A DNA stretch of 64,000 nucleotides, from the NCBI RefSeq assembly GCF_009914755.1, contig NC_060932.1, one strand, 5' to 3'. Shown piece by piece: positions 12,946 to 25,775 of the stretch (its first letter is position 1; each line of letters opens with the position of its first letter). Below the pieces are notes generated by a model. The model did no database searches. It worked only from the letters and a program-made list of their open reading frames with translations, and was not told the origin of the DNA. The translations under genes and the position numbers were made by a program. This DNA is from the human T2T-CHM13v2.0 reference genome, Homo sapiens.

Positions 12946-13334
12946 ATAGGTATGTTCCAGAGTGTGCAAACGACAGCTCAGGCCACACTAAAGGAAAAAC
13001 CATTCCTTTTCCTTTGCTCAGAATTGTTCCTGACATAGATATTCCCATTATTTCTGTTCTTCCTGAAACTTACAAAACTAGGAAAATAGAAACTTCATAG
13101 CAGGTCAAAAACAAAAACAAAAAAAGAAAGAAATTATAATCAATAAAAATTTCTAAAGTAGTGCGAACAGCAACAAAATGGTTAAAATAGTGAAATAAAA
13201 AGTAGACTGCAATAAAAATAATTATTAAATGTAATTTAACAGTTTTAAATAGTAAAACAAAATTGTAAAGTGCTTTAATGTTTAAAATAAAGATTAGTGA
13301 ATTTAAAAATAAGTAGCATCAAATAAGATAATAA

Positions 13335-13836
13335 GTGACAGATGCTATTAGACACCTAGACCAACATCTTTTCTCCGTTTTCTACTTAGTGACAGACCCC
13401 TGATTTTCTCTGGGCACTGTGTCCCCTTTCTTCCATAATCTAAGACTACATTTACCAGGCCACCTTACAGCTAGGTACAGCTAAGAGCTGGGTGGGACTT
13501 CTGGAAGGCTACTTAAAATGGGTAATCTGCTGTAAGGAGCACCTTTTTAACCTTCTAATTTCATTTCTTTTCCAGGCTGGACCACTTGAGGCCCAGCCAA
13601 GTTGTCCAGCCACCTTGGACCCTAGTTGACCGGGAATATGGAGGCACACATTATGCTGCACATTAGAAAAACTGGACCCTGGTCCTTGATGACAGTGGGA
13701 TTGCCTGACCAGCTCTCAAATGCTGCCTATGGGTCTTTTATATGAGGGAGAAGTCAGCTCAGCTTAAATCTTCTTTCTGCCCCTATTATCTGGGATTTTC
13801 TGTTTTGTGTCCCTGAACATAATCCTAACTAAAACA
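13335..13836 (+). mobile_element. MLT1 (MLT1I/J-like) solo LTR
   Basis: CTTAGTGACAGACCCCTGATTTT, AAGACTACATTTACCAGGCC, terminal AATCCTAACTAAAACA. Confidence 0.7.
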
Positions 13837-16800
13837 GACAAATTGGATGTAATCAGTAAAAATTAAAGCTGAAAATGAGAAAAAGTCCAAAACTATAAAA
13901 TAATCATATATATTAATATGATGAAAGTTAACAGCCATAAAGATGAAGAAAATAATACAAAGACAAATTATAGTATATGAAAACAGTTGAATGTAAAATA
14001 AAATGTTAAACAAACTAAGATAAGACAAACAAAATTTAATAACTAAAGGCAGTAGTCTAAGACAAATGCACTAGGTAAACATTATTGAAACTAACCCGGA
14101 TAGCCAACAGGTATCACATTTCTCCCACAAAGATTCTTTTAAAAGGATCTCTGTTACTTGAGGTTCACACACACATAACCTTCAAAGTAAAGTTATATAA
14201 TTTCATACAACTTGCAAGTAAACACAGTTTTATTCACTCTTCGGAGGAAAGGCATCCCATTGTCCAAGAAGCAAAGGGATGTGATCAGAAATAGAATTGC
14301 TCCAACCAAGAATATATGAGTATAAAAAATTCATATCTCCAACCAACAGCAGTGGGCTGAGGATAAGAGAAAAATTCCAGGCACACACTGGAAATTAATC
14401 TCAATTTTTTTTTCATGGATGCTAATGTTAATAGCTATAATTCTATAATACAAGAAATAATACCTGTAAGAAACCCAAATTTTTATTGGCTTTTTATTTG
14501 GAAGCAAAATAACACATTTGATAAAGGTCCCAGATAGCAGGTTTTTAAAAGCCTTACTTTGTTTGGAAGTTGGGGCTTAAGAAAATTTTAAATAATAAAA
14601 TTCAGCCTTTGACTGACTTTTCTTTCCATTTTGCAGTCTATAGGTTTTGGGCGAAATTGCCTTTTCATGAGGGCAAGAAAATGATGGATCCTAAACTAAA
14701 CTTGAGCTGGCAGTGCTCAGAGCTGCCTGATGAACTTATCTGAGGGTTCAGGCTCCCCATCCAATAGGTCTGGCTTCCTCCCCAACCCTCCACAGGATAT
14801 GATGGACAACATTTCCAAAAATCCAGAATCTTTTAAAAATGTCATTTTTTTTCTCTAAGTATCTCGGGGATATAATACAAAGAAATATACATCAGTAAAT
14901 TTCACTTAGTAGCATATTTCAAATCAAGATGATCATTTGTAGAAAAATGCACAATAATTGCAGTATAATTACTCTCCTGTTTAAGATTATCAAAACACTT
15001 TTCCCAGCAGTTCATTATTAAATGTGCGTAGCCACATCAGTGGTTGAAAAAACAATTCTGAACATAAGATTTATTGCCCATCTTCCAGACTCTTTTAACT
15101 CAACCTTTACCTTACATGATATTAATGATGCTGAACGTTTGTTTTGTTCTTAAGAGGAAAAATAAAGACATAAAATTGAAAACACCAATTTTTGCTATTA
15201 GCTACCTGAAGGCTTTATCCAGTGCCTGCAGCTCCAGCTCTTGCTGGTTTTGGCCGCTGCCCCTTCTTCCACATGTACCCCTCCACCCTGCCTCACCCAG
15301 GCCAGCTGGCCGCAGGTGCCAGTGTGCATTGTATCCCACTGAATTAGGCCATCATAATATGGAGTGACAGCCCCCTTCCACTGACACATCTGGACAGAGA
15401 GGCAGAGGACCCAGCCAGGTGGTCTGTGTGTGAGGGGCGTAGGATTAAAGGACAGGGTAAAGGGACACCAAAAAGCACAGACAGGTAGCAGCTAGTGGTT
15501 AAACGGTCACTAGAAACTGTGAATTGGAAGTCAAAGTAGTATAATCCCCAAGATAAATGGGAAGAGAAATGAAGCTGCTCCAAACGAAATGCTCAAGATC
15601 CAGCAAACATATTTCCTTGTCAGAATATAGATTGACGTGTGTGCACTTGTGCAGTGCACAAGGGGTGCACATGGGCATGTCCAGTTTTAGGCAGTGATCT
15701 GTTCTTTGTAAGTAACTTCTTTAAATAACACAAGTTCTATCTCTTACTGTAAAAACAAAGTGTGTGTGTTTAAGTGTTAACACTTAAGATAAAATCTTTG
15801 TAAAAACATATTACACTTTGTTATCATTTTCAACAAAGTGTGTTGAAATACAAGCCCTTCTCTTCTGAGGATGTGGGGCGATAGATAATAATACAACTGG
15901 ACCTCTGTCTCTAATAGTAAAGCAACTGAGACCCCATTCATGTTTGTACCTGACGTGCCCCGTGCTCAAGCCCATCCCGCCTTGCCTCTTCCATCCCCCT
16001 CACTCAATCCACTCTGCCCTGTGGATACCTGGACTCATGGCTGCTAGCTACACCATCATCCTGTGCCTGAATCTACATCCCTGGCTGTGATGGTGATTCT
16101 GGCCTGATATATGAGAACCACCAACATGATTTTGACAGATTTTTCTCACTGTTGCTGAGCATTCGCTCTTACCTCTGAGATCACTACTGTGTTCAAGACA
16201 TAGCTGAGGAAATTCCTAAAGCTCCAGATGAGTCTGTCTATAAACTGTGGTAGTCCCAGTTTACAAAACCACAAATAATTGTGCTTTAAGAGAAGAAAAA
16301 TAGCATGTTGTCAAAAAATATTTTTCCAGTGGACTAAACAGACTCCTAAAAATTCCATCCTTAGGAACCCTCGTCTAGGCTAACCCATTTTCTTGGATCA
16401 GGTAATTAGATCAGGGGACCACCCACCGTCAGAGAACCAGGCTCTGAAGGACAGCTGAGTTTTGGTGGGAGGGCCAATAGTGTCCTGGAAGAGAAAGGGC
16501 AGATTGAGGAAGAACATTGGAACATGAGCTTTAGTGGGGCAGGGCAGGGCGAGGCTGGCAAGCACTAGCATTAATAGGAGGGTGACCCCTTCGAGTCGCT
16601 GTGCACCTGTGCAGGGTCAGCCCTAGCTAGGAGGAGCAGGCACAGGGATGGGACAGCAAAGAGGAAGCCAGACCACTCTTCACACAGAGGCTCTGACATA
16701 CACACAGAGAGACTGTGTGTGTGTAAAAACAAAGATATCGAAAATGGGTTAAAAAATGGTGGGGAGGCTTAAGCCTATGCCTGTGTTACCCCTGATGGAC

Positions 16801-17429
16801 CAGTGGCAGGTGCAGTAAGAACTGAAGAGCTGAAACATCACTATCTAATAGTTCGCTTTAGAAGGAATTATTGCTTAATTTCAGCCACAGTTTATTATAA
16901 AAAAAAAAACCAATTCACTCATGGTATATAAAGTCATATTTTTGGCCTTGTAAACAGCTAGACTGGTAAATGTTGAGGGAGTGCTGGCAGCAAGAACTTA
17001 CCTTCAATATTTTGATTAGTTCCACTTGGCTTGTGCAAAATTGCACACATTAAATAGAGCAATGCCTTCACAGTGACTTAGCAATTATTCTGCTATTATA
17101 TTGGTCCCCCAAACCTGCAGATTTTACCAAATAAATGTTTTAAAGAGATCGTCATTAAATCCTAACAATTTTAATCCCAATGAATGCTATGAGTTCAGTG
17201 CCATGCATATACCTCTAAAAACATCACATGGCTAGAATCTACAAGCAATACAATTGTTCTTAGGCTCTCAGAGCAGAGTTTTTCCCCTGAAGATCATACT
17301 TATTCAAGCAGGCGTGAAACAGAATAATTTCAAACTAAAAAGTGGGAATTTATATATTCAAAAATAAACCCAGATATGGGAACACACCTTTGGAAGTGGA
17401 ATAAAATTAAAATTTGATAATTCCATTCA

Positions 17430-17700
17430 GACATCAGAAACAAGCTCAAAAGATCTATTGTACATAATGCTGACTATGGTTAATAAAAATATATTTTAAA
17501 ATTGAAAATTACTAAGAGTGTAGATTTTATGTGTTCTCATCAGAAAATACAAGATCTGTATGTATCTGAGGTAATGCATATGTGAATTAGCTTGAGTCAG
17601 CCAATCCACAACGTATACATATATCAAAACCTCATCTTTTACACAGTAAATATATATAATTTTACCAATTAAAATTAAAATATATAAATAAAAAGAAATA
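17430..17700 (+). mobile_element. L1MA 3' end
   Basis: AGATCTATTGTAC...GAAAATTACTAAGAGTGTAGATTTT...GAGGTAATGCATATGT...TATACATATATCAAAAC plus A-rich tail. Confidence 0.8.
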
Positions 17701-17847
17701 TAAGAAAGTGAAAAAAATGAAAACCTGATAGATGCAGACAAGTAGAATAAAGATAATGTTAGAGAAGTGAGAGAAAGTATCCCTATAAACGTCTGCACAC
17801 AGTTTATCATTTTCTGGTCTCTCAGTGATGAGCATACAAACTACCTG

Positions 17848-18324
17848 AGTGTCTCAGTCACCTATTGCTGTGTAACAAATCTTCCCAAAGCTTAGTGGCT
17901 TAAAACCATGTGGACAATTTAACTGGATTCTCTGTGAGCTGGGTGAATCTTTGGCTCCATTTGATGTAGCCTGCTGTCACCCATGGGCTACGAGGCCCAA
18001 GAAGACTGGGGTCCCCTCTATGTGGCATCTTTCCCTCCACAGCTTCTTCAAGTGGACTCTCTCTCCAGAAACATCGTCTGGGCCTTCCTACAGCATGGCA
18101 GCTGGGTTCCTGAAGAACAAAAGCAGAACTTTCCAAACGCTTAAAGGGCTAGGTCTGGAGCTGCACAGCTTCACATCTGCCACGTGGTATTGGCCAAAGC
18201 AAGTGACAAGGGCACTCCAAATTCAAGGGAAGGGGAAAACAGATTCCACCTTTGATTGGAGGAATAGCAGGAGAGCATAGTGAGGGAAGAAGTTGATGGT
18301 CCTCCTTGAAAACTACCTAACACA
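17848..18324 (-). mobile_element. Old MLT1 LTR
   Basis: TATTGCTGTGTAACAAAT...CTTAGTGGCTTAAAAC; TATTGGCCAAAGCAAGTGACAAGG; AGATTCCACCTTTGAT. Confidence 0.7.
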
Positions 18325-18699
18325 TTGGGTAATATTTAGCAGTGTCTCATTTTCCCATTGGCAGGAATCGCTCACTATTTCATGACATACGGTCACAAAT
18401 AAAAAGTACTGCCAATAGCTTTGTTCTCGCCAAAGAATGGAGTGGCTGAGCACATGAAAAATAGCATATCACCTAAATGTATACAAATCAATGCCCATAG
18501 TGCCTTTACCACTGTATTATTACTATGGTCTTTGGATAAACAAAAATACATGTTTTTAAATGCACAAGTGATTGCTTGAAGAGAATAATTACATTAATTA
18601 GGGTAATCTATAATTATATTTAAAGAATTCTCAAATAGTAGAGGAAATCCCATTCCAGAAATATGAAAGAAATATACTAAAGTAGATAGATTCTGTATG

Positions 18700-19780
18700 A
18701 AGCAGGTTCTCGAATAACATTGTTTCATTCAATGTGCTTTCATTATAATTTTGATGGGGAAAAAATCCAATTCCTGTCCGGAGCCACTGTCTGAATGCAG
18801 TTTGCATGTTCTCTGCACTTCTGCATGGATTTTTCTCTGGGTCCTCCAGTTTCCTCTCACATCCCAAAGCTGTGCCCATTAGGTTTATTGGTGTGCCTGC
18901 AAGGTCCCAGCATGAGTGCATATGGGGGCCCATTAGGTTCATTGATTTGTCTGCATGGTCCCGGTGTGAGTACATATGGGTGTGTGTTGAGTGCATCCTG
19001 TGATGGAACAGCTTCCTGTCCATGGTTGGTTCCGCCTTGTGCCCTGAGCTGCCAGGATCGGCCCCAGCTACCTGACACCCTGAACTGGAATAAGCATGTT
19101 GGAAAATGAATTAATACAAATTATTATAAAATAAAAATCTTAAAGTCTATGAGAATCATACAGATGCATAACAATAAACAATGCAAGAGGAAAGTACTCA
19201 GTGAGCCTGCCATGTTTGTGATGAATTGGTTTTGAACTGTGTGGTGGGAGGAGGTGCTCCTGAAAATTTTCTCCTCGAAAATATTTATTCCTTTTTTAAT
19301 TTTTTAATTGAAAATAATAATCGTACATATTCTTGGGGTATATAGTGATGTTTCAATACATATAATGTATAGTGATTAGACCAGAGTAATTAGCATATCC
19401 ATCTTCTCAAACACTTACTATTTTTTATGTTGGGAATGTTCAATATCCTTCTCTTGTTATTCCTTGATTTAACCCCACCACTGCTATGACCACCATAACT
19501 CACTGATTTGCCAAAAATTGAATAAGTCATTATCTTATTTGTTTTTATTAATCTTTCTTAAATGTATATATAATACACAGTTATTTCAAAAGTTAATGTT
19601 AGAAGGGTTTTGAGTATTGATTTACATGTTTGGTGATGGTTTTGTTACTAGGAATATGTCATAGGAACTTAACTCTTGTTCATATCAACTAGTCTATGGT
19701 AGAATTGATTTCATTATAGTAATTCCACCTGAAGTCACAGTTTCCAAGAACCTATGGATGATATTTGGTGAGGACTTATG
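18700..19780 (+). mobile_element. MER6 (TcMar-Tigger) DNA transposon, interrupted by an L1
   Basis: AGCAGGTTCTCGAATAACATTGTTTC ... GGAGCCACTGTCTG...CACATCCCAAAG ... TTTCCAAGAACCTATGGATGATATTTGGTGAGGACTTA matches MER6. Confidence 0.85.
19294..19456 (-). mobile_element. 5'-truncated L1MA 3' end inserted in MER6
   Basis: L1MA 3'UTR sequence bounded by TSD TTATTCCTT (19285-19293 and 19457-19465). Confidence 0.8.
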
Positions 19781-19784
19781 TTAC

Positions 19785-20190
19785 TGGCACCTAAATTCAG
19801 CATGTGCATAATTGAACTCATCTTTGTGTCATCACGTGTTTCCTAGCTCTGGAAAGAGACTAGTGTCTCAGTCAGCCAGGTGAAAAATGTGAGACCATTC
19901 CTTTTACTGATCTGTTGAATGTTCATCATGATCCAGCCAAATCCACCTGGTTTCCAGTGCAGTGGATTCTACCCTACAAATGTATTTGGTGTTCATTCTT
20001 TCCCTATGATTGCTCTGCTCTCTATCTAGCTCAGGCCCTTAATCCTGGCCTATTCTTCCCAATAATGCCAGCTACCTTCCCTGTCTCTGGCTTTATTCCA
20101 TTCTGTCCATAATTCATATTTCTACCAGCACATACTAAACTGAGTACATACTATGTCACTTCTTTTTAAAAAACAACGCCTTCAATGGAA
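19785..20190 (+). mobile_element. L2 fragment
   Basis: GGCACCTAAATTCAGCATGT...ATTGAACTCATC; TTCCCTGTCTCTGG; ATGTCACTTCT...CCTTCAATGG. Confidence 0.55.
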
Positions 20191-20929
20191 CTTCTAGATT
20201 AGAATGCAGATGAATTAACGAATTCAAAGAAATGCCTCATCCAGATCAGATCTCTTTTGATATCCAAGAAAGCATACAAGTGAAAGTTGACAATCCAATG
20301 AGCTTACATCAGAGTCAAGGAAGGGTTGCAGAATGTCAATGGGAGGAGATGAAAAAATGACATTAATAGCTGATGCACATTCTACCTCCTAAGTCAAAAT
20401 GATGAGACAGGGAAAGGAGAGATACCAATTCTTAGTACCAACTCCAGATATGGGGCAAGAAAACTGCACTAAACTAGAAATAATAAGTACAAAAACAAGA
20501 GGGTGAAGAGAGAGGAAAAGAGTTAAATCTAGTGAAGAGGCATATAAGCAAACAAAAATAAAAGACTTCCCTTTTGTTTTCTATTATCTTTCTCTGTGCC
20601 AAATTTTTATGCTGCACCAAGCACATGATATGTGCCAGAGTGTGGAGTCATGGGATGCATACATATCACTTGCGATGGCACCCCAGATCAGCAGAGCAAG
20701 CCTGGGGCAGGGAAGGCCTGCCATGGGGTGCTGAAGACTCCCTGCTTGATTTTGTAGGCACTGCAAATCATCCTGAGAAAGACAAATGAATTGAAGCAGA
20801 GGACTTGACATGGAGTGGAAGGGAGTCATGTTAGAAATATTCATATGGAGAATCCACAAAACTTAGTGTGTGCCTGTAGGAGCAGGTGAATTGCTGCAAG
20901 CATTCATCATCATCACAGCCACAATGTCA

Positions 20930-21075
20930 CCTAACAATAAGTATTGTCTATGCAGCCCCATTTCAAAGATGAAGAAACAGAGGCACAGGGAGATTAAATA
21001 ACTAGTTTCTGGTTAGATGGTATAAAAGGCAGAGCCAGGATTTGAATCCAGATGGTGCAGATTCTGCCTTCTGAA
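20930..21075 (-). mobile_element. MIR
   Basis: CCCCATTTCAAAGATGAAGAAACAGAGGCACAGGGAGATTAAATAAC...GCAGAGCCAGGATTTGAATCCAG. Confidence 0.75.
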
Positions 21076-21480
21076 GCACCTCACAACCCTGCATGTATTT
21101 AAATGGTTTTGATCTTGGTATGTGCTCCAGCCACACTGAATTACTGACATTGGTTTCCATTCACATCAAGTGTTGTCATGCTCCAGCTACTTTGGCTGTG
21201 GCCTTCTTCTGCTGGAATTCCCTCACTGCCCAGACAACCTCATCCATCTTGCAGGTCAGCTGCACAGTCCGCTTCTCAGAAACCTTCGAAGTGCTAAGCA
21301 GCGGTTTCCTGCTTTCTGTATACAACGCTGTTACAGCAATTACAAAACTGTTGCAACTATTTCAGAGAAAGGAGCTTCTGTCGTTTTATGATGAAATATT
21401 TTTGCTTTTTGAAAAGTAAAGGAAATAAGTAACAACAACCCAGGAAGCTACCACTCACAAATATAGCTGAGACCTCCTGA

Positions 21481-21946
<466 letters not shown>

Positions 21947-21949
21947 ACA

Positions 21950-22790
21950 TCTTGCTCCTTTTTAATCTGCATTTTGTTTTGACATATAATCCATGATGTA
22001 GTTCTGCTTCACTCACTTTAATTACTGTTCCACTGTATTACTATGCACAATGTATTTTCTCTTCTACTGATGGATATTTTGGTTGGATCCAGTATTTCAT
22101 TCTTCCAAAGAATGTTGAAATAACACCTTTTTATGTTTGGGTCTGCTTGTGTGAGTGCCCCTGGATTGCATACTAAATCTCAGAGCATTATCAGATCTTG
22201 CTTAGTGTGCACTAGCAGTACACTAGCAGTATATAAGACTCCCCATTGCTTCACATACTTGTCAGTTCTTTGGACTGTAGAGCTGATTTTTTTTTTCAAA
22301 GTGATGAATATGAAATTGTATTTCATGGTTATTTTTATTTTCATTTCTATAAGAATTATTAAGGCTGAGCAACTTTTCACTGGTTTATTGGCCAATTGCA
22401 TTTCCTATTCTGTGAGTAACCTATTTTCTATCCTTTGCCAACTTTTTAATGTAGTTGTTTGATTTTTGCTTACTGATTTGAAAGAGGCCTTTTTATTTCC
22501 CGGGTAGTAATCCATGAATTTATATATTCTGTCAATATCTTCTGGCAGTCTTTGACTTTTTTTTCTTATGTGGCCTTCATGGACATAATTTTTTAAATTT
22601 TTATATGGTAAGTTTTGTTAATATTTTCACTTACAATTTTTATAAATTTTATTTCTAACTTGTATTAAAAAGACTCTCCAACTTCATCTGTAAAACTATT
22701 GTCCTATATAATTGGCATTTACATATGACACATAATACTGTTTCTTTTTTTCACCACTGATTTTTGAGAATGTTCATTACATCAAGCTTT
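21950..22790 (-). mobile_element. Old L1M (L1ME-like) fragment
   Basis: Antisense L1 3' ORF2/UTR motifs, e.g. TGATGGATATTTTGGTTG and GGCTGAGCAACTTTTCACTGGTTTATTGGCCA. Confidence 0.6.
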
Positions 22791-22794
22791 GTAA

Positions 22795-23322
<528 letters not shown>

Positions 23323-23339
23323 AAAACTTCTCCTTAAGT

Positions 23340-23545
23340 GTTATTTAACAAATATTTATATATCGTTAACTATGTACCAGATACTGTTCTAAACACATAA
23401 CAAATGTTAACTCCTTGAGTCCTCATTCGAGTGAGAAAAACCTAGAATGGGAGAAGTTAATTGACTACATAACACAGCTAGTAAGTGGCAGAAACAGGAT
23501 TCAAACCCAGTCTAGCATCAGAATCCATGCTCTTCACCATCACGA
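23340..23545 (-). mobile_element. MIR
   Basis: TATGTACCAGATACTGTTCTAA...ACACAGCTAGTAAGTGGCAGAAACAGGATTCAAACCCAG. Confidence 0.7.
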
Positions 23546-24199
23546 TATTTATGACAGTATACTACACAGGCTTGATTTTGCTCAAGTCTGTCAAGTTATT
23601 TATTCAGTGTTCCTTTCTTCTTGTTCCAGTTTTCTTCTTCCTGAATAATGTCTTCTAGTAATACTTTCTGCAAGAGTCTGAGAGTAATAAACTCTCCCTC
23701 TCTCTTCTCTCTCTCTCTCTCTAGCTCATGTTTGTTAATCTGAAGATATCTTCATTGTCTTTACCTCATATTCATCTTTTGATGAAAGTTTACCTGAGTG
23801 TACAATTCTAATTTGGCCATTAGTTTCTCTCAGTGCTTTAGCAATGTTCCATTCTCTACAGGTTTCCCTTATCACTGCTCAGAAGTCACATATCAGTTTG
23901 TGTTGTTTCTTTGTCTTTGCTTTTAAAAGTCTTGTCTTTGCCTTTGATGTTATACATTTTTCCTATGATTTGACTGTGTGGATTTAGTTCTACTTATCTT
24001 GTTTAGGACTCATTAGGTTTCCTGAATGTGAAAATCCCATGTTGTTCAGAAATATAGGAAAAATTCATGCCTTAAATACTAATTCTCTCCAATCTCTCTG
24101 TAACCTGTACTAGATATATTTTAAACTTTTTAATCCACCTTATCATGTCTCTATATACTCTAGGGAAACTTAATTGAGGAGAAGGCTTAGAAATTTCTT

Positions 24200-25020
24200 C
24201 CAAAACTAAACAAACCCTTTGCCCTAGCTGTTCTACTCCTGCATATTTACCCAGAAAAAAATGAAAATCTATATCCACAAAAAGACTTGTACAAGAATAT
24301 TCATAGCAGCCAAAATCTGGAAAAAACCCAATGTCCATTAATAAGAGAGTAGATAAATGAATCTTGGTATTTTAATATAAAATAGATGAATCTCAAAACT
24401 ATGCTGTGTGAAAGTAATCTACATGAAGGAGTACAAACCTAAAGATTCCATCTTTATGAATGTTTGGAATAAGCAGAATTTTTCTACAAGGAAAAAGCAG
24501 TGGTTGCTAGATGTAGAGTCAGAAGGTATTACTGGCTAGAAGGGGTATGAAGTCATAGAAATGTTCTGTATCTTGATAGGGGTTTGAGTTACACAGGTGT
24601 ATGCATCTATCAAACATATTAAATGATGCACTTAAAATTTGTTAATTCTAATATATGTAATTTTTACTTCAAAAATCATAAACAAATATTTTTATTTATA
24701 ATATATTTAATGTTATTTATGAAAATGGGTATAGTTAATGTAATCTTTCAATACAGTTAACAAATGTAGTTAATAATATGTACAAATGTAGTTAATAATA
24801 ATATGTTGAATTGTTTAGGCATGAAACATACTGATATCTGCAACTCAATTTAAAAACATCACGAAATAAGATAAATTGATATATAAATTTGTCTATCATT
24901 TTAAGATGTTTTTAAGCTAATGTAACAAAATGTTAACTATAGTATAGTTTTAGGTATTCTACATAAAATCTTGTAACTTTCTCTACACTTGAAAATTCTT
25001 ATAATAAAATGTTAGGGAAA
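24200..25020 (+). mobile_element. Old L1M (MC/MD/ME-like) 3' region
   Basis: ATATCCACAAAAAGACTTGTACAAGAATATTCATAGCAGC; GAAATGTTCTGTATCTTGATAGGGG. Confidence 0.7.
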
Positions 25021-25482
25021 TTTGCTTGTCTTGTTACTTTCTCATCTTTTGACTTTATCTTTTATACCTTCAATTATTTTTAAAATGCTATCTAAACTTT
25101 TATCTCAGTTCCTCCAGACTGAATTTGATTGTGTACTGTGCTTGATGACACTCACTCATGGTGTATTGCTTCCTTGTAGAATTGTAATTGTGTGTTGTAA
25201 ACTCATATTTAGATAGTCCTAGGCTGAGGATATTTTGTGCCAGACAGATTTTCCTTTATTTCAACCTCATGTCCCAAGGTTATTTTTAGCTTGGAATATT
25301 TTTAAGTGCTTTTTAAAAGTCCTTCTCAGCACAAGATCTTTAACATCAAACAGATAGTATAAGTCTTACCCAAATCTTAGTTAAAATAGGCTAATTTATT
25401 TCTTCTTACCTCATCTCCATGATCAGGCCAATAGCTCAGTTTTCATCAGCCTGGTGTGGTAGCCAATCATTTTTCAGGCCTA

Positions 25483-25775
<293 letters not shown>

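Noticed and set aside
24762-24800. Direct repeat CAAATGTAGTTAATAATA x2
   Set aside because: Ordinary slippage duplication within an old L1.
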